NCBI GenBank assembly: GCA_036498605.1
Contig: DASYFF010000096.1
Location: forward strand, 1-44,890
DNA from: Acidimicrobiia bacterium
GTDB lineage: Bacteria; Actinomycetota; Acidimicrobiia; IMCC26256; BP-133
Direction: 5' to 3'
DNA: 44,890 nt
Positions 1-8,660 of the stretch are shown here, in pieces (position 1 is the first letter of the stretch; each line of letters opens with the position of its first letter). The notes beneath the pieces were generated by a model. That model did no database searches and had not been told where the DNA came from. It saw only the letters and a program-made list of their open reading frames with translations. The position numbers and the translations under genes are program-made.

Positions 1-1411
1 GGCGGCCCTGCCAGGGGTGGGCGGCTTCGAGCTGGGCGGCGAGGCGGAAGAGGGTGGCCTCGTCGCCGTAGCGGCCGAGGAAGTGAACGCCGATCGGGAG
101 ACCGGCGTCGTTCCAGAACAAGGGGACCGACATGGCCGGGTTGCCGGTGATGTTGGCCACGACACCGGCATAGGCGACGGTGGGGCCGCCCCGCTCGAGG
201 GCCCGGAGCGGCTCCTCCGGCGTGGAGACGATCTCGCCCAGCGGGAGGGGTGGCGTCGACAGCGTCGGCGTCAGCCACAGGTCGTGTTCGCCGAGGAAGC
301 GGGCCACCACCCGGGCGAAGGCCTGGCAGTCCCCGATGGCCAGGAGGTAGTCGGCGGCGGAGACGCGGCGGCCCATGTCCCAGTAGGCCCGGGTCAGGGG
401 GTCGAGCTCCTCGGGGCCGGGCTCCCGGCCGAGACGGCGGATCCAGTAGCCCACGATCCAGGCCGTGGCAGCGCCGAACACGGTGCCGATCGCCCCTCCG
501 ACCTGAGGGGTGAGCCCGGGGAGGTCGGCCTCGACCAGCTCGTGGCCGAGCGACTCGCACAGGGCGGCGGCGTCGCGCAGGGCGGCGACGCAGTCGGGAT
601 GGCCGGGGACGCCTTCCGGGGTGCGGTCGGTGAAGGCGATCCGGAGCCGGCCGGGGTCGCGCCCGACCTCGGGCAGGAACGGCGCCGCCGCCGTGCAGGG
701 GTAAGGGTCGCCGGGCGCCGGACCGGCCGTGGCGTCGAGCAGCGCGGCGCTGTCGCGGACCGAGTGGGTGAGGGCGTGCTCGACGGCCCAGCCGCTCACG
801 GCGTCGCCGTACTCCGGGCCGAGCGGGTTGCGGGCCCGGGTCGGTTTGAGGCCGAACAGCCCACAGGCCGACGCCGGGTAACGGAGCGATCCGCCGAGGT
901 CGTTGCCGTGGGCCATCGGCACCATGCCCGACGCCACCGCCGCCGCCGACCCGCCACTCGATCCGCTGGTCGACCGGGCCGTGTCCCAGGGGTTGCGGGT
1001 CGGCCCGAACAGCTTCGCTTCGCAGGCCGGGGCCATACCGAACTCCGGCGTGCTCGTCTTGCCCAGCAGGAGGAGACCGGCCCGGCGGAGCCGCACGACC
1101 AGTTCGGAATCGAAGGTCGACACGTTGTCCCGCAGGAACACCGACCCCTCGGTGAAGCGGACACCCTTGACCTCGACCACGAGGTCCTTGACCAGGAACG
1201 GGACGCCGGCGAACGGACCATCGACGCCGGCCCGGGCGTCGTCGAGGGCCCGCTCGAAGGTCGGCGTGACCACGGCGTTGAGCACCGGGTTCAACTTCTC
1301 GATCGACGTGATCGCCGCCTCGACCAGCTCGACCGCGCTGACCTCGCCCCGCCGGACCAGCTCGGCCTGGGCCGTGGCGTCGAGCCGGGCCAGCTCCGCT
1401 GTTCCGCTCAT
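1..1411 (-). CDS. Amidase-signature family amidase (C-terminus runs off the window)
   Basis: Absent from the ORF track because there is no stop inside the window. Manual minus-strand translation from ATG (1411-1409) gives [34 protein letters not shown]...[11 protein letters not shown]...[42 protein letters not shown], which contains the Gly/Ser-rich amidase signature. The frame stays open to position 2. The start overlaps the upstream OsmC stop as ATGA. Confidence 0.85.
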   Translation of the reverse strand, partial: MSGTAELARLDATAQAELVRRGEVSAVELVEAAITSIEKLNPVLNAVVTPTFERALDDARAGVDGPFAGVPFLVKDLVVEVKGVRFTEGSVFLRDNVSTFDSELVVRLRRAGLLLLGKTSTPEFGMAPACEAKLFGPTRNPWDTARSTSGSSGGSAAAVASGMVPMAHGNDLGGSLRYPASACGLFGLKPTRARNPLGPEYGDAVSGWAVEHALTHSVRDSAALLDATAGPAPGDPYPCTAAAPFLPEVGRDPGRLRIAFTDRTPEGVPGHPDCVAALRDAAALCESLGHELVEADLPGLTPQVGGAIGTVFGAATAWIVGYWIRRLGREPGPEELDPLTRAYWDMGRRVSAADYLLAIGDCQAFARVVARFLGEHDLWLTPTLSTPPLPLGEIVSTPEEPLRALERGGPTVAYAGVVANITGNPAMSVPLFWNDAGLPIGVHFLGRYGDEATLFRLAAQLEAAHPWQGR

Positions 1412-1932
1412 GGAACGGACCCGGCCGCCGAGGACAGCGTCACGTCGAGCGACGGGGAACCGGCCAGCGTCTGGTACACGACGCAGTAGCGCTCCGTCAG
1501 CTTGAGCAGCGTGGCCAGCTCATCGTCGGTGGCGTCGGTGTCGACGTCGATGGCCAGGCGGATGGCGGAGAAGCCGACGGGAGCGTCCTTGGCCACGCCG
1601 AGGGTGCCCCGGAAGTCGAGATCGCCCTCGGCCCGGAGGCGCCCGCCCCCCACGGAGATCTCCAGGGAGGTGGCCACGGCCCGGAGCGTCACCCCGGCGC
1701 AGGCAACGAGCGCCTCGAGGAGCATGTCGCCGGAGCAGGCCAGCAGCCCGGTCCCACCGGTCGCCGGGTGCAGGCCCGCCTCCACGATGGCCCGGCCGGT
1801 GGCCACGGAGCAGCTCACGTTCTCGTCGCCGAGGCGGCCCTCGGCCGACAGCGTGATCCGGGCCGCGTCGGGATCATCCCGGTACCGCTCCTTGAGCGGC
1901 GCCTGGAGGGCCTGCAGAGCCGCTTTGTCCAT
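1408..1932 (-). CDS. OsmC/Ohr family peroxiredoxin-like protein
   Basis: Track ORF 1408..1959. Preferred start is ATG 1932 (MDKAALQ...), preceded by GAGGAGG. Two conserved Cys contexts ([13 protein letters not shown] and [12 protein letters not shown]) are typical of OsmC. Confidence 0.8.
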   Translation of the reverse strand: MDKAALQALQAPLKERYRDDPDAARITLSAEGRLGDENVSCSVATGRAIVEAGLHPATGGTGLLACSGDMLLEALVACAGVTLRAVATSLEISVGGGRLRAEGDLDFRGTLGVAKDAPVGFSAIRLAIDVDTDATDDELATLLKLTERYCVVYQTLAGSPSLDVTLSSAAGSVP

Positions 1933-2021
1933 TCGTCGTCCTCCTCGCAACGGGCGCACCGGATCACCGAACCCGTCTCGATAGTGTCCGGTGAGTCTGT
2001 CGCACCCGAGGGAGGTTCCGC

Positions 2022-2438
2022 ATGGGATGGCCGCCGACGCTGCCGGTGGCGCAGGTCCGGATCGCCCGGCCGACGGACCGGCTCGACGAGGTCGTGCGCT
2101 TCTACCACGAAGGACTGGGCCTTCCGATCGTCGGCGGCTTCGAGGACCACGCCGGCTACACGGGAGTGATGATCGGGCTTCCCGGCGTCGGCTACCACCT
2201 CGAGTTCACCACCCACGCCGAGGGAAGCCCCTGCCCGGCCCCGACCGCCGACAACCTGCTCGTGCTCTACATGCCTGACCAGCAGGCGGTCGACGCCCTG
2301 GTGGAACGGCTCGGGGCGCTGGGTCACCGGCCCGTACCGCCCGAGAACCCCTACTGGGCCGGTCGCGGCGCCACCGTCCCCGACCCCGACGGCTGGCGCA
2401 CCGTCCTGTTCGTCGATCCCGGTCTGGACGGCCCCTGA
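2022..2438 (+). CDS. VOC (glyoxalase/bleomycin-resistance/dioxygenase) family protein
   Basis: 138 aa. Pattern RIARPTDRLDEVVRFYHEGLGLP...GYHLEF...VPDPDGWRTVLF fits the vicinal oxygen chelate fold. GAGGGAGG Shine-Dalgarno sits just upstream. Confidence 0.7.
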   Translation: MGWPPTLPVAQVRIARPTDRLDEVVRFYHEGLGLPIVGGFEDHAGYTGVMIGLPGVGYHLEFTTHAEGSPCPAPTADNLLVLYMPDQQAVDALVERLGALGHRPVPPENPYWAGRGATVPDPDGWRTVLFVDPGLDGP

Positions 2439-2675
2439 CCCGACGGGGGGTGGACGTCTCAAGCGGGGAGCCGTCCGACCCCCGTTCGGCGGGCCTTGAT
2501 CCCCGCCGGGTGGCTGGCGCCGGCCGCCACCGGCCCGGCGCCGCACTGCGCCCGGGCGGTGCAGGGCCAGCTCGACATCGGGGCGGACGGGGTGATCCTC
2601 CACGGCGCCACGCCGGGCGAGCTGGCGCCGATCGTCGACGCCTACCGGGAACTCAGCCGTCCCGCTCGGCCTTGA
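2439..2675 (+). pseudogene. Remnant of the C-terminus of a luciferase-like (LLM class, F420/flavin-dependent) oxidoreductase
   Basis: Open frame with no ATG/GTG/TTG start: ...APAATGPAPHCARAVQGQLDIGADGVILHGATPGELAPIVDAYRELSRPARP*. It resembles the conserved GADxVILHGxTPxELAP tail of LLM oxidoreductases. Only about 50-78 codons remain, and they overlap the 3' end of the convergent CHAD gene. Confidence 0.35.
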
Positions 2676-3612
2676 CGACGTCGGCCAGCTCGCCGGTGAC
2701 CAGCTCGGAGCCGTCGGTGGCGGCCGCCCAGTAGCCGCCCAGCCGGCGCCCGAACGCCTTGGGCGTCTCGGCGTAGATCCGCAGGCCGAGGCGCACCGCC
2801 CGGCGCTCGAGATCGGCCCGGCAGTCGGCCGCCATCTTCGCCACCCGGTCGGCGGCGGCCGGCCCGCCGAAGCGGGTGGGGTGGTCGGCCACGAGTTCGC
2901 CCAGCACGGCCAGGTTGTGGGCGTCGCCCAGGGCGTCGGAGAGGTCGTGGAGGGCCCGGGATCCCGGGGTCAGGACCGACGGCGCCGTGCTCTCCAGCAG
3001 CTCGACGTGGTGCCAGGTGTATTTGACCGACTTGCGCCATTCGTGGGACAGCTCGGGTGACGGCTCGGCCCGGAAGCGGCCGAGGGCTCCCCGCCCGTCG
3101 CCGTAGGTGGCCTGCAACCCTCTGCGCAGCACCTCGAAGCCCCGGCCCCGGGGGTTGGTGCGGGCCGTCAGCTCGGCCACGAGCTCGAGGCGCTCGACGG
3201 CCCGCCGCACGGCGCCCTCCGACCCGCCGTCGTCGGCCACGGCCTCGGCCCGGTCGGTGAGGGCGGCCCGGACCATCCGCAGCTCCTCCTCCGCCGGGTC
3301 GGCCCGGTGGGCGGCGACCAGATCGTCGAACATGTCGACGAGGGCCTTGGCGTCGCGGGCGCCGGACAGCTCCTGGGCGGCGTCGCGGACCGTGTGGTTG
3401 AGGGTCTGGTACCGGTTGGCCGACAGGGCCGGGCGCACCAGCCGGTAGACGGCCCGGAGCCGCTTGCAGCTCTTGCGGGCCTCGTGGACGGCGGTGTCGA
3501 TGCCGGCCGCGCCGGGGTCGCGCAGGTGGTCGAGCGCCGACCCCACCTGCTCCTGGAGGACACGGCAGACCTCGTCCCCCACCGGCTCCGACGGCCGAAT
3601 CGAGAACCCCAT
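2653..3612 (-). CDS. CHAD domain-containing protein
   Basis: 319 aa. Helical protein with the repeated basic CHAD motifs VHEARKSCKRLRAVYRL and HEWRKSVKYTWHHVELL. Confidence 0.8.
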   Translation of the reverse strand: MGFSIRPSEPVGDEVCRVLQEQVGSALDHLRDPGAAGIDTAVHEARKSCKRLRAVYRLVRPALSANRYQTLNHTVRDAAQELSGARDAKALVDMFDDLVAAHRADPAEEELRMVRAALTDRAEAVADDGGSEGAVRRAVERLELVAELTARTNPRGRGFEVLRRGLQATYGDGRGALGRFRAEPSPELSHEWRKSVKYTWHHVELLESTAPSVLTPGSRALHDLSDALGDAHNLAVLGELVADHPTRFGGPAAADRVAKMAADCRADLERRAVRLGLRIYAETPKAFGRRLGGYWAAATDGSELVTGELADVVKAERDG

Positions 3613-3685
3613 CCCACCTCGCTCTGGGTCGGGCCGACCTTACACTCGATCGGCGGGGTCGCAGGCCGTCACCTAGTCTTCGGCC

Positions 3686-4267
3686 GTGTTACGTGCGCTG
3701 CTCCTCGCCCCGCCGGGCGCGGGCAAGGGGACCCAGGGCCAGCGGCTGGCGGAGATCTACGGCGTCCCCCATCTGGCCACCGGCGACCTGTTGCGCCAGC
3801 ACGTGGCCGACGGCACGGCCCTCGGCGCCGAGGCCAAGACCTACATGGACCGCGGCGAGCTCGTCCCCGACAAGATCGTCACCGGTCTCATCCTCAGCCG
3901 CCTGACGGGCGGGAAGCCGTTGCGAGGCTTCATCCTCGACGGCTTCCCCCGCTCCCTCAAACAGGCCGAGGACTCCTACGAATGGGGCCAGGGCCGGGAC
4001 CTGACCCTCCAGCGGGTCATCTCGCTGGCCGTCGACGACGACGAGCTCGTCCGCCGCCTCCTCGAGCGGGGCCGCCAGTCGGGCCGCAGCGACGACAACG
4101 AGGCGACGATCCGCAAGCGCCTCCGGGTCTACGACGAGACCACCGCCCCCCTCCTCGACTTCTACCGCCAGCGGGGGATCCTGGCCGAGATCGACGGCAC
4201 CGGCCCGGTCGAGGAGGTCACCGACCGCATCCGGGCGGCGCTCGACCCGGTCGCCCGGAGGGACTGA
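3686..4267 (+). CDS. adk: Adenylate kinase, short-LID type
   Basis: GTG start. P-loop LLAPPGAGKGTQ plus GDLLR, ELVPD, ILDGFPR and RSDDNEATIRKRLRVY motifs. 193 aa. No SD; a TAGTCT (TANNNT) box lies 6 nt upstream of the GTG, so the transcript may be leaderless. Confidence 0.9.
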   Translation: MLRALLLAPPGAGKGTQGQRLAEIYGVPHLATGDLLRQHVADGTALGAEAKTYMDRGELVPDKIVTGLILSRLTGGKPLRGFILDGFPRSLKQAEDSYEWGQGRDLTLQRVISLAVDDDELVRRLLERGRQSGRSDDNEATIRKRLRVYDETTAPLLDFYRQRGILAEIDGTGPVEEVTDRIRAALDPVARRD

Positions 4268-4295
4268 TCCACCCTCGAAGCTATATCGTGGAGCG

Positions 4296-6530
4296 ATGGA
4301 TCTCCCCCTCCGCGCCTCCGCCCGGCGGCTGCTGCTGCTCACCCTCCTGGCCGCGGTCGTCGGCGCCCTGGCCGGGCTCGCCGCCTACGTCCTGATCCAC
4401 CTCATCGCGCTGCTGACCAACCTCGCCCTCTTCGGCCGGACCGGCTGGAAGCTCCCGACCTTCCGCGACCTCGACCCCTCCCCCCGCCTCGTCATCGCCC
4501 CCGTCCTCGGCGCCCTGGCGGTGGCCGGGCTGGCCAAATGGGCGCCGATCATCAAGGGCCACGGCATCCCCGAGGCCATGGAGGCCATCCTCCGCAAGCA
4601 GAGCCGCATCGCCCCCCGCACGGCCGTGGCCAAGCCGCTGTCGGCCGCCATCGCCATCGGCACCGGCGGCCCGTTCGGCGCCGAGGGGCCGATCATCGTC
4701 ACCGGCGGCGCGCTGGGCTCCCTCATCGGCCAGGTGATCGACGTCTCCCCCTCGGAGCGCAAGATCCTCCTGGCCAGCGGCGCCGCGGCCGGCATGTCGG
4801 CCACCTTCGGGGCCCCGCTGGCCTCGGTCATGCTGGCCATCGAGCTGCTGCTGTTCGAGTTCTCGCCCCGGGCGTTCATCCCCCTGGTGGTGGCGGCGAG
4901 CATCGCCGGGGGCATCCACTCCACGATCTTCGGGTCGGGCCCGCTGTTCCACGTCCCGCCCCACGACTACGCCGGCCTGGGCCAGCTCCCGGCCTACGCC
5001 GCCCTGGGGCTGGCCTGCGGCGTCATGGCCGTCGTCATCTGCAAGGGCCTCTTCGCCGTGGAGCACGGCTTCCGTCGCCTGCCGGTCAGCGAGTTCTGGC
5101 ACCCCGCCATCGGTGCCGTGTTCTTCGGGGTCGTCGGGCTGTTCGTCCCCCGGGCGCTCGGAGTCGGCTACGACGCCATCGACGACGCCCTCGGCGGCCA
5201 CCTGGCCGTCGGCGTGCTGGCCGGCCTGATGATCGCCAAGCTGCTGGCCTGGTGGGTGGCGCTCGGATCGCAGACCTCGGGCGGGACGCTGGCTCCCATC
5301 CTGCTCATCAGCGCCAGCTTCGGGGGGTTGTTGGGCCGGGCGGCCCACGGTGTGGCGCCGGGGATCGGCGTCTCGGCCGGCGCCTTCGCCGTGGTGGCCA
5401 TGGCCGCCACCTTCGGGGCCGCCACCCGGGCACCGTTCACCGCCATCGTCTTCGTCTTCGAGCTGACCCGCGACTACAACGTCGTGCTGCCCCTCATGCT
5501 CGCCACCGTGCTGGCCTCGCTGGTGGCGGCGGCCTTCCTCGAGGACAGCCTCATGACCGAGAAGCTGACCCGGCGGGGCGTGCGGGTGGGCGGCGAGCTG
5601 CACGTCGACGTGTTGCGCACAACCCACGTCGGCGACGTGATGACCCGCGACGTGGAGACGATCCCGGCCGCGGCCACGGTCGAGGAAGCCACCCGGGTGA
5701 TGTCCGAAGGCGGCCACGGCGCCTACCCGATCGTCGACGGGAACGGGCGCTGCGTCGCCCTGCTCGAGCAGCGCGACCTGCTGGTCGGGGACCCGCCGAC
5801 GGGCGGCACGGCCGTGGACGCCGCCCGGCGTGACGTCGTGACGGTGACCAGCACCACCCCGCTGGTCGACGCCCTGGAGCTGATGGTCGAGGAGGGGCTC
5901 GACCACCTCCCGGTGGTCGACGACGACCGCCTGGTCGGGATCTGCACCCGGGCCGACATCGTCGGGGCCCGGGCCGAACAGCTGGCCCTGGAGCGGCGCC
6001 AGTCGGGCTGGCTGCGGCCGATCGTGGCCCGCCGCCGGCCCCGGCGGGTCCTCCTCGTCGGCAACCGCACGCTCGGCCACCCCACCGTCACCGACACCAT
6101 CGCCGCGCTGGCCGGCTCCGTCACGGCCGGAGACCCGGCGGCGCGGGGGGCTCGGGTCCACGTCCACGTCCACGTCCTCGTCCCCACCGGTCCACACGAC
6201 GGGGACGGGGCGGCCGAGCGGCTCGCAGGCCAGCTCGGGGCGCTGCGGGCGCTGGGCTGCACCGCCGACGGCGAGGTGGTGCCGGCCCGGCCGGTGGCCG
6301 CCGTCCGCCATGCCCTTCGGGGCGAGACCTACGACCAGATCATCCTCTCCACCCTCCCGGCCGGGGTCTCGGCCTGGGTCCGCATGGACGCCGGCGCCCG
6401 CATCGAACGCCTCTCCCGACTCCCGGTGACCCACGTGGTCGCCGGGGAGACCTCCCCGGACGGGCCCGGCGGGCCCGGCGGCCCGCCCGCCGCCGGGTCG
6501 AACGGGGCCGGGGCCCGGGAGAGCACGTAG
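4296..6530 (+). CDS. ClC family chloride channel/antiporter with CBS pair and an additional C-terminal USP-like domain
   Basis: 744 aa. CLC motifs GHGIPE, GTGGPFGAEGP and GAPLASVMLAIELL with many TM helices. CBS pair: VGDVMTRDVETIP... and RRDVVTVTSTTPLVDALELMVEEGLDHLPVVDDDRLVGICTRADI. An extra domain of about 135 aa is encoded at about 6040-6450. Confidence 0.88.
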   Translation: MDLPLRASARRLLLLTLLAAVVGALAGLAAYVLIHLIALLTNLALFGRTGWKLPTFRDLDPSPRLVIAPVLGALAVAGLAKWAPIIKGHGIPEAMEAILRKQSRIAPRTAVAKPLSAAIAIGTGGPFGAEGPIIVTGGALGSLIGQVIDVSPSERKILLASGAAAGMSATFGAPLASVMLAIELLLFEFSPRAFIPLVVAASIAGGIHSTIFGSGPLFHVPPHDYAGLGQLPAYAALGLACGVMAVVICKGLFAVEHGFRRLPVSEFWHPAIGAVFFGVVGLFVPRALGVGYDAIDDALGGHLAVGVLAGLMIAKLLAWWVALGSQTSGGTLAPILLISASFGGLLGRAAHGVAPGIGVSAGAFAVVAMAATFGAATRAPFTAIVFVFELTRDYNVVLPLMLATVLASLVAAAFLEDSLMTEKLTRRGVRVGGELHVDVLRTTHVGDVMTRDVETIPAAATVEEATRVMSEGGHGAYPIVDGNGRCVALLEQRDLLVGDPPTGGTAVDAARRDVVTVTSTTPLVDALELMVEEGLDHLPVVDDDRLVGICTRADIVGARAEQLALERRQSGWLRPIVARRRPRRVLLVGNRTLGHPTVTDTIAALAGSVTAGDPAARGARVHVHVHVLVPTGPHDGDGAAERLAGQLGALRALGCTADGEVVPARPVAAVRHALRGETYDQIILSTLPAGVSAWVRMDAGARIERLSRLPVTHVVAGETSPDGPGGPGGPPAAGSNGAGAREST
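6156..6173 (+). repeat. (GTCCAC)x3 hexanucleotide repeat inside the ClC C-terminal domain, encoding HVHVHV
   Basis: Read directly: gtccacgtccacgtccac, followed by gtcctcgtc. Confidence 0.9.
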
Positions 6531-6540
6531 GGTCGGGGCC

Positions 6541-6942
6541 GTGCTGAGCGACGAACAGTTCGCCCGGATCCTCGAGTTCCGGGTCGCCCTCCGCCGCTTC
6601 GGCCGCTTCAGCGAGGAGCAGGCCGCCAGGCTGGGGATGACGGCCGCCCAGCACCAGCTCCTCCTGGCCATCCGGGGCCACGGCGACCCCCTCGGCCCGA
6701 CCATCGCCGACGTCGCCCGGGCCCTCCTGATCCGCCACCACAGCGCCGTCGGTCTCGTCGACCGGACCCGCGACCTCGGCCTCATCGAACGCCGCCGCGA
6801 CGACCAGGACCACCGCCTGGTGCGTCTCCACCTCACTTCCCTCGGCCACGACCGCGTCAACGCCCTGGCCCAGGCCCACCTGAAGGAGCTCCAGGAGCTG
6901 GCCGAAGTCCTCAGCGCCCTGCTGTCGACCAGCGAGCCCTAA
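6541..6942 (+). CDS. MarR family transcriptional regulator
   Basis: 133 aa, GTG start 10 nt after the ClC stop. Winged-HTH pattern MTAAQHQLLLAI...TIADVARALLIRHHSAVGLVDRTRDLGLIERRRDDQDHRLVRLHLTSLG. Confidence 0.85.
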   Translation: MLSDEQFARILEFRVALRRFGRFSEEQAARLGMTAAQHQLLLAIRGHGDPLGPTIADVARALLIRHHSAVGLVDRTRDLGLIERRRDDQDHRLVRLHLTSLGHDRVNALAQAHLKELQELAEVLSALLSTSEP

Positions 6943-6949
6943 AGGTTCG

Positions 6950-7501
6950 TCAGCCGGGCGGGAGACGGACGTCGAGGTCGACCTCGACCTCGTCCTTCAC
7001 CTTGAGGGCCCCCATCATGGCCGTGAAGGGCCTGATCCCGAAGCTCGACTGCACGATCGGCACCCGGCCCTTGAGGCGGGCGGCGCCGCCGTCGGGGGCC
7101 AGTTGGAGGTCGAGGGTGACCTGGCGGCTCTGACCGGCGATCGACAGATTGCCGGCCACGGCCACGGTGGTGTCGTTGCGGACCATCACCTGGGTCGACT
7201 GGAACGTGATGCTCCCGTTGCCGAGCAGCCCGGCGATGTTCTTCACGATGTCGCGCTTGTCCTTGTCCGACACCGGTTTGGCCCCCCCGGTGGCGGCGAT
7301 GACCTCCAGCGACCGGGGCTCGACCGTGGCCTGGACCTGGCTCTGCCCGGCGTCGGCGTCGACGGTCACGGTGGCCCTCCAGTTCGAGGCCTCCAGCGTG
7401 AGGTCGTGCCCCACCTTCGACGCCATCCCCTGCCGCCCGGTTCTGACCTGCAACGTCCCGTCGGCCGGCCCGAGCTGGTACGTGCCGGGCTTGATGGTCA
7501 T
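6950..7501 (-). CDS. YceI family (polyisoprenoid-binding) protein
   Basis: Track ORF 6950..7600. Preferred start is ATG 7501 (MTIKPGTYQLGPADGTLQVRT...), preceded by AGAGGGG. YceI-like beta-barrel pattern (KVGHDLTLE..., ITFQSTQV..., AGNLSIAGQSRQVTLDL). Confidence 0.8.
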   Translation of the reverse strand: MTIKPGTYQLGPADGTLQVRTGRQGMASKVGHDLTLEASNWRATVTVDADAGQSQVQATVEPRSLEVIAATGGAKPVSDKDKRDIVKNIAGLLGNGSITFQSTQVMVRNDTTVAVAGNLSIAGQSRQVTLDLQLAPDGGAARLKGRVPIVQSSFGIRPFTAMMGALKVKDEVEVDLDVRLPPG

Positions 7502-7616
7502 CCACGCCCCTCTTTTCCCTGGGAACCGGCCCGATCGGGGCCTGCGGCATGGTAACCGGGGCCGCGATTCCACTCCGGGTGGCGCGACCAGCCCGGCCAC
7601 CGCTACGTCGTGCGTG

Positions 7617-8603
7617 TTAGATGCCGAGCAGCGCGGCGGTCCGCCGGGTCGGGCGCGTCATCACCAGGACACCGGCACCGAGCAGCATGAGGCCGAGGCC
7701 GAAGAGTGCCCTCTTCTCGCTGGTGGTGCCGGTCCGGGCGAGGTTGCCCGGACCTGCCGCGCCGGCGGCCGACGGCGTCGTCCCCGCGGCGGCGGTGCCC
7801 GGTGCCGATGTGGCGGCCCGGCTCGGGGCGCCGGCGGTGACGGGTGACTTCGGGGCGGCCGAGGACTTCGGCGCGGGGCTGGCGGCACCGGCCGCCACCC
7901 GCGGCGGGGCCGGGGCGGCCGGGCCGGAGGCGGCGCCGGGGGCACCGGCCGCCGGGGCGCCGGCCGGGGCGACCGGCGCGGGCTCAGGCTGGCCCGGGGC
8001 CGCCACCGCGACGAAGCCCTGGTCGGGGACCCGGTCGGTGGCCATGGGGTTCTTGTCGTCCTTGGGGTTGGTGTCGAAGAACATCGCCACCGCGTAACCC
8101 AGTTGCTTCGGGGTCCCGATGCAGGCGGGATCGATGACCAGGGTGTAGCCGTCCTGCGGCGAATAGCTGGCCGAGTCGGCGTCGCACTTGGACTTGTCGT
8201 TGGGCTTGGTGGCGTCGAACACCGCTCCGTAGAGCTCGCCCTTGTCGGTGGCGAACTCGACCGTGTAGTCCTCCTGGCCGTCGCCGTTGGTGTCGAGTGC
8301 CCACTCGACGTCGCTCTTGTCGGACCAGGCCGCGTCCTTGAGCGGATCGGTCGGGTTCTTGACCTGCACCTTCATCCGGATCCAGCCGGGGGCGTACTCC
8401 ACCGAGGCGCCGGTGATGTCGGCCCGGTCGACCCCGGTCACGGCCGACGTGACCGTGTCGACGGCGTCGCCGACCCCGTCGGTCACGGCCTTGAGCGATG
8501 TGACCAGCGGCGGAGCGCTGTCCGCGCCGGCGCCGGTTGGACCGGCGGCCAGCCCGAGACCGGCGGCCAGGATGACGACCCCCGTAAATCGCCGAATTCG
8601 CAC
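7617..8603 (-). CDS. Secreted cell-wall-anchored surface protein with LAxTG sorting signal
   Basis: 328 aa, GTG start. Signal peptide (RRFTGVVILAAGLGLAAGPTGAGA), globular domain with a DTNGDGQED loop, Pro/Ala-rich stalk. C-terminal LARTG motif followed by a hydrophobic helix and the RPTRRT tail. Confidence 0.75.
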   Translation of the reverse strand: MRIRRFTGVVILAAGLGLAAGPTGAGADSAPPLVTSLKAVTDGVGDAVDTVTSAVTGVDRADITGASVEYAPGWIRMKVQVKNPTDPLKDAAWSDKSDVEWALDTNGDGQEDYTVEFATDKGELYGAVFDATKPNDKSKCDADSASYSPQDGYTLVIDPACIGTPKQLGYAVAMFFDTNPKDDKNPMATDRVPDQGFVAVAAPGQPEPAPVAPAGAPAAGAPGAASGPAAPAPPRVAAGAASPAPKSSAAPKSPVTAGAPSRAATSAPGTAAAGTTPSAAGAAGPGNLARTGTTSEKRALFGLGLMLLGAGVLVMTRPTRRTAALLGI

Positions 8604-8660
8604 GGACCACCCCCCAGAGATGGACGAACCGTTTGGGCGATTCCTCCCGGTTCCCAGTCC

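Noticed and set aside
17-1489. 490-aa plus-strand ORF at the left edge.
   Set aside because: It is antisense to the amidase gene, whose minus-strand translation shows the [11 protein letters not shown] amidase signature. The plus-strand product is Gly/Arg/Glu low complexity.
6156-6173. (GTCCAC)x3 as a phase-variation switch.
   Set aside because: The unit is 6 nt, so copy-number changes stay in frame, and three copies is too few for efficient slippage. It is kept only as a repeat annotation.
4281-6860. 859-aa minus-strand ORF antisense to the ClC and MarR genes.
   Set aside because: Arg/Gly/Pro/Asp-rich composition with no recognisable motifs, which is typical of a high-GC shadow ORF. The plus-strand frame carries clear ClC, CBS and MarR motifs.
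7531-7540. 10-bp palindrome CCCGATCGGG upstream of the YceI gene as a MarR operator.
   Set aside because: It is short and GC-rich, so it is expected by chance in this composition. The MarR gene is convergent to the YceI gene, not divergent from it.
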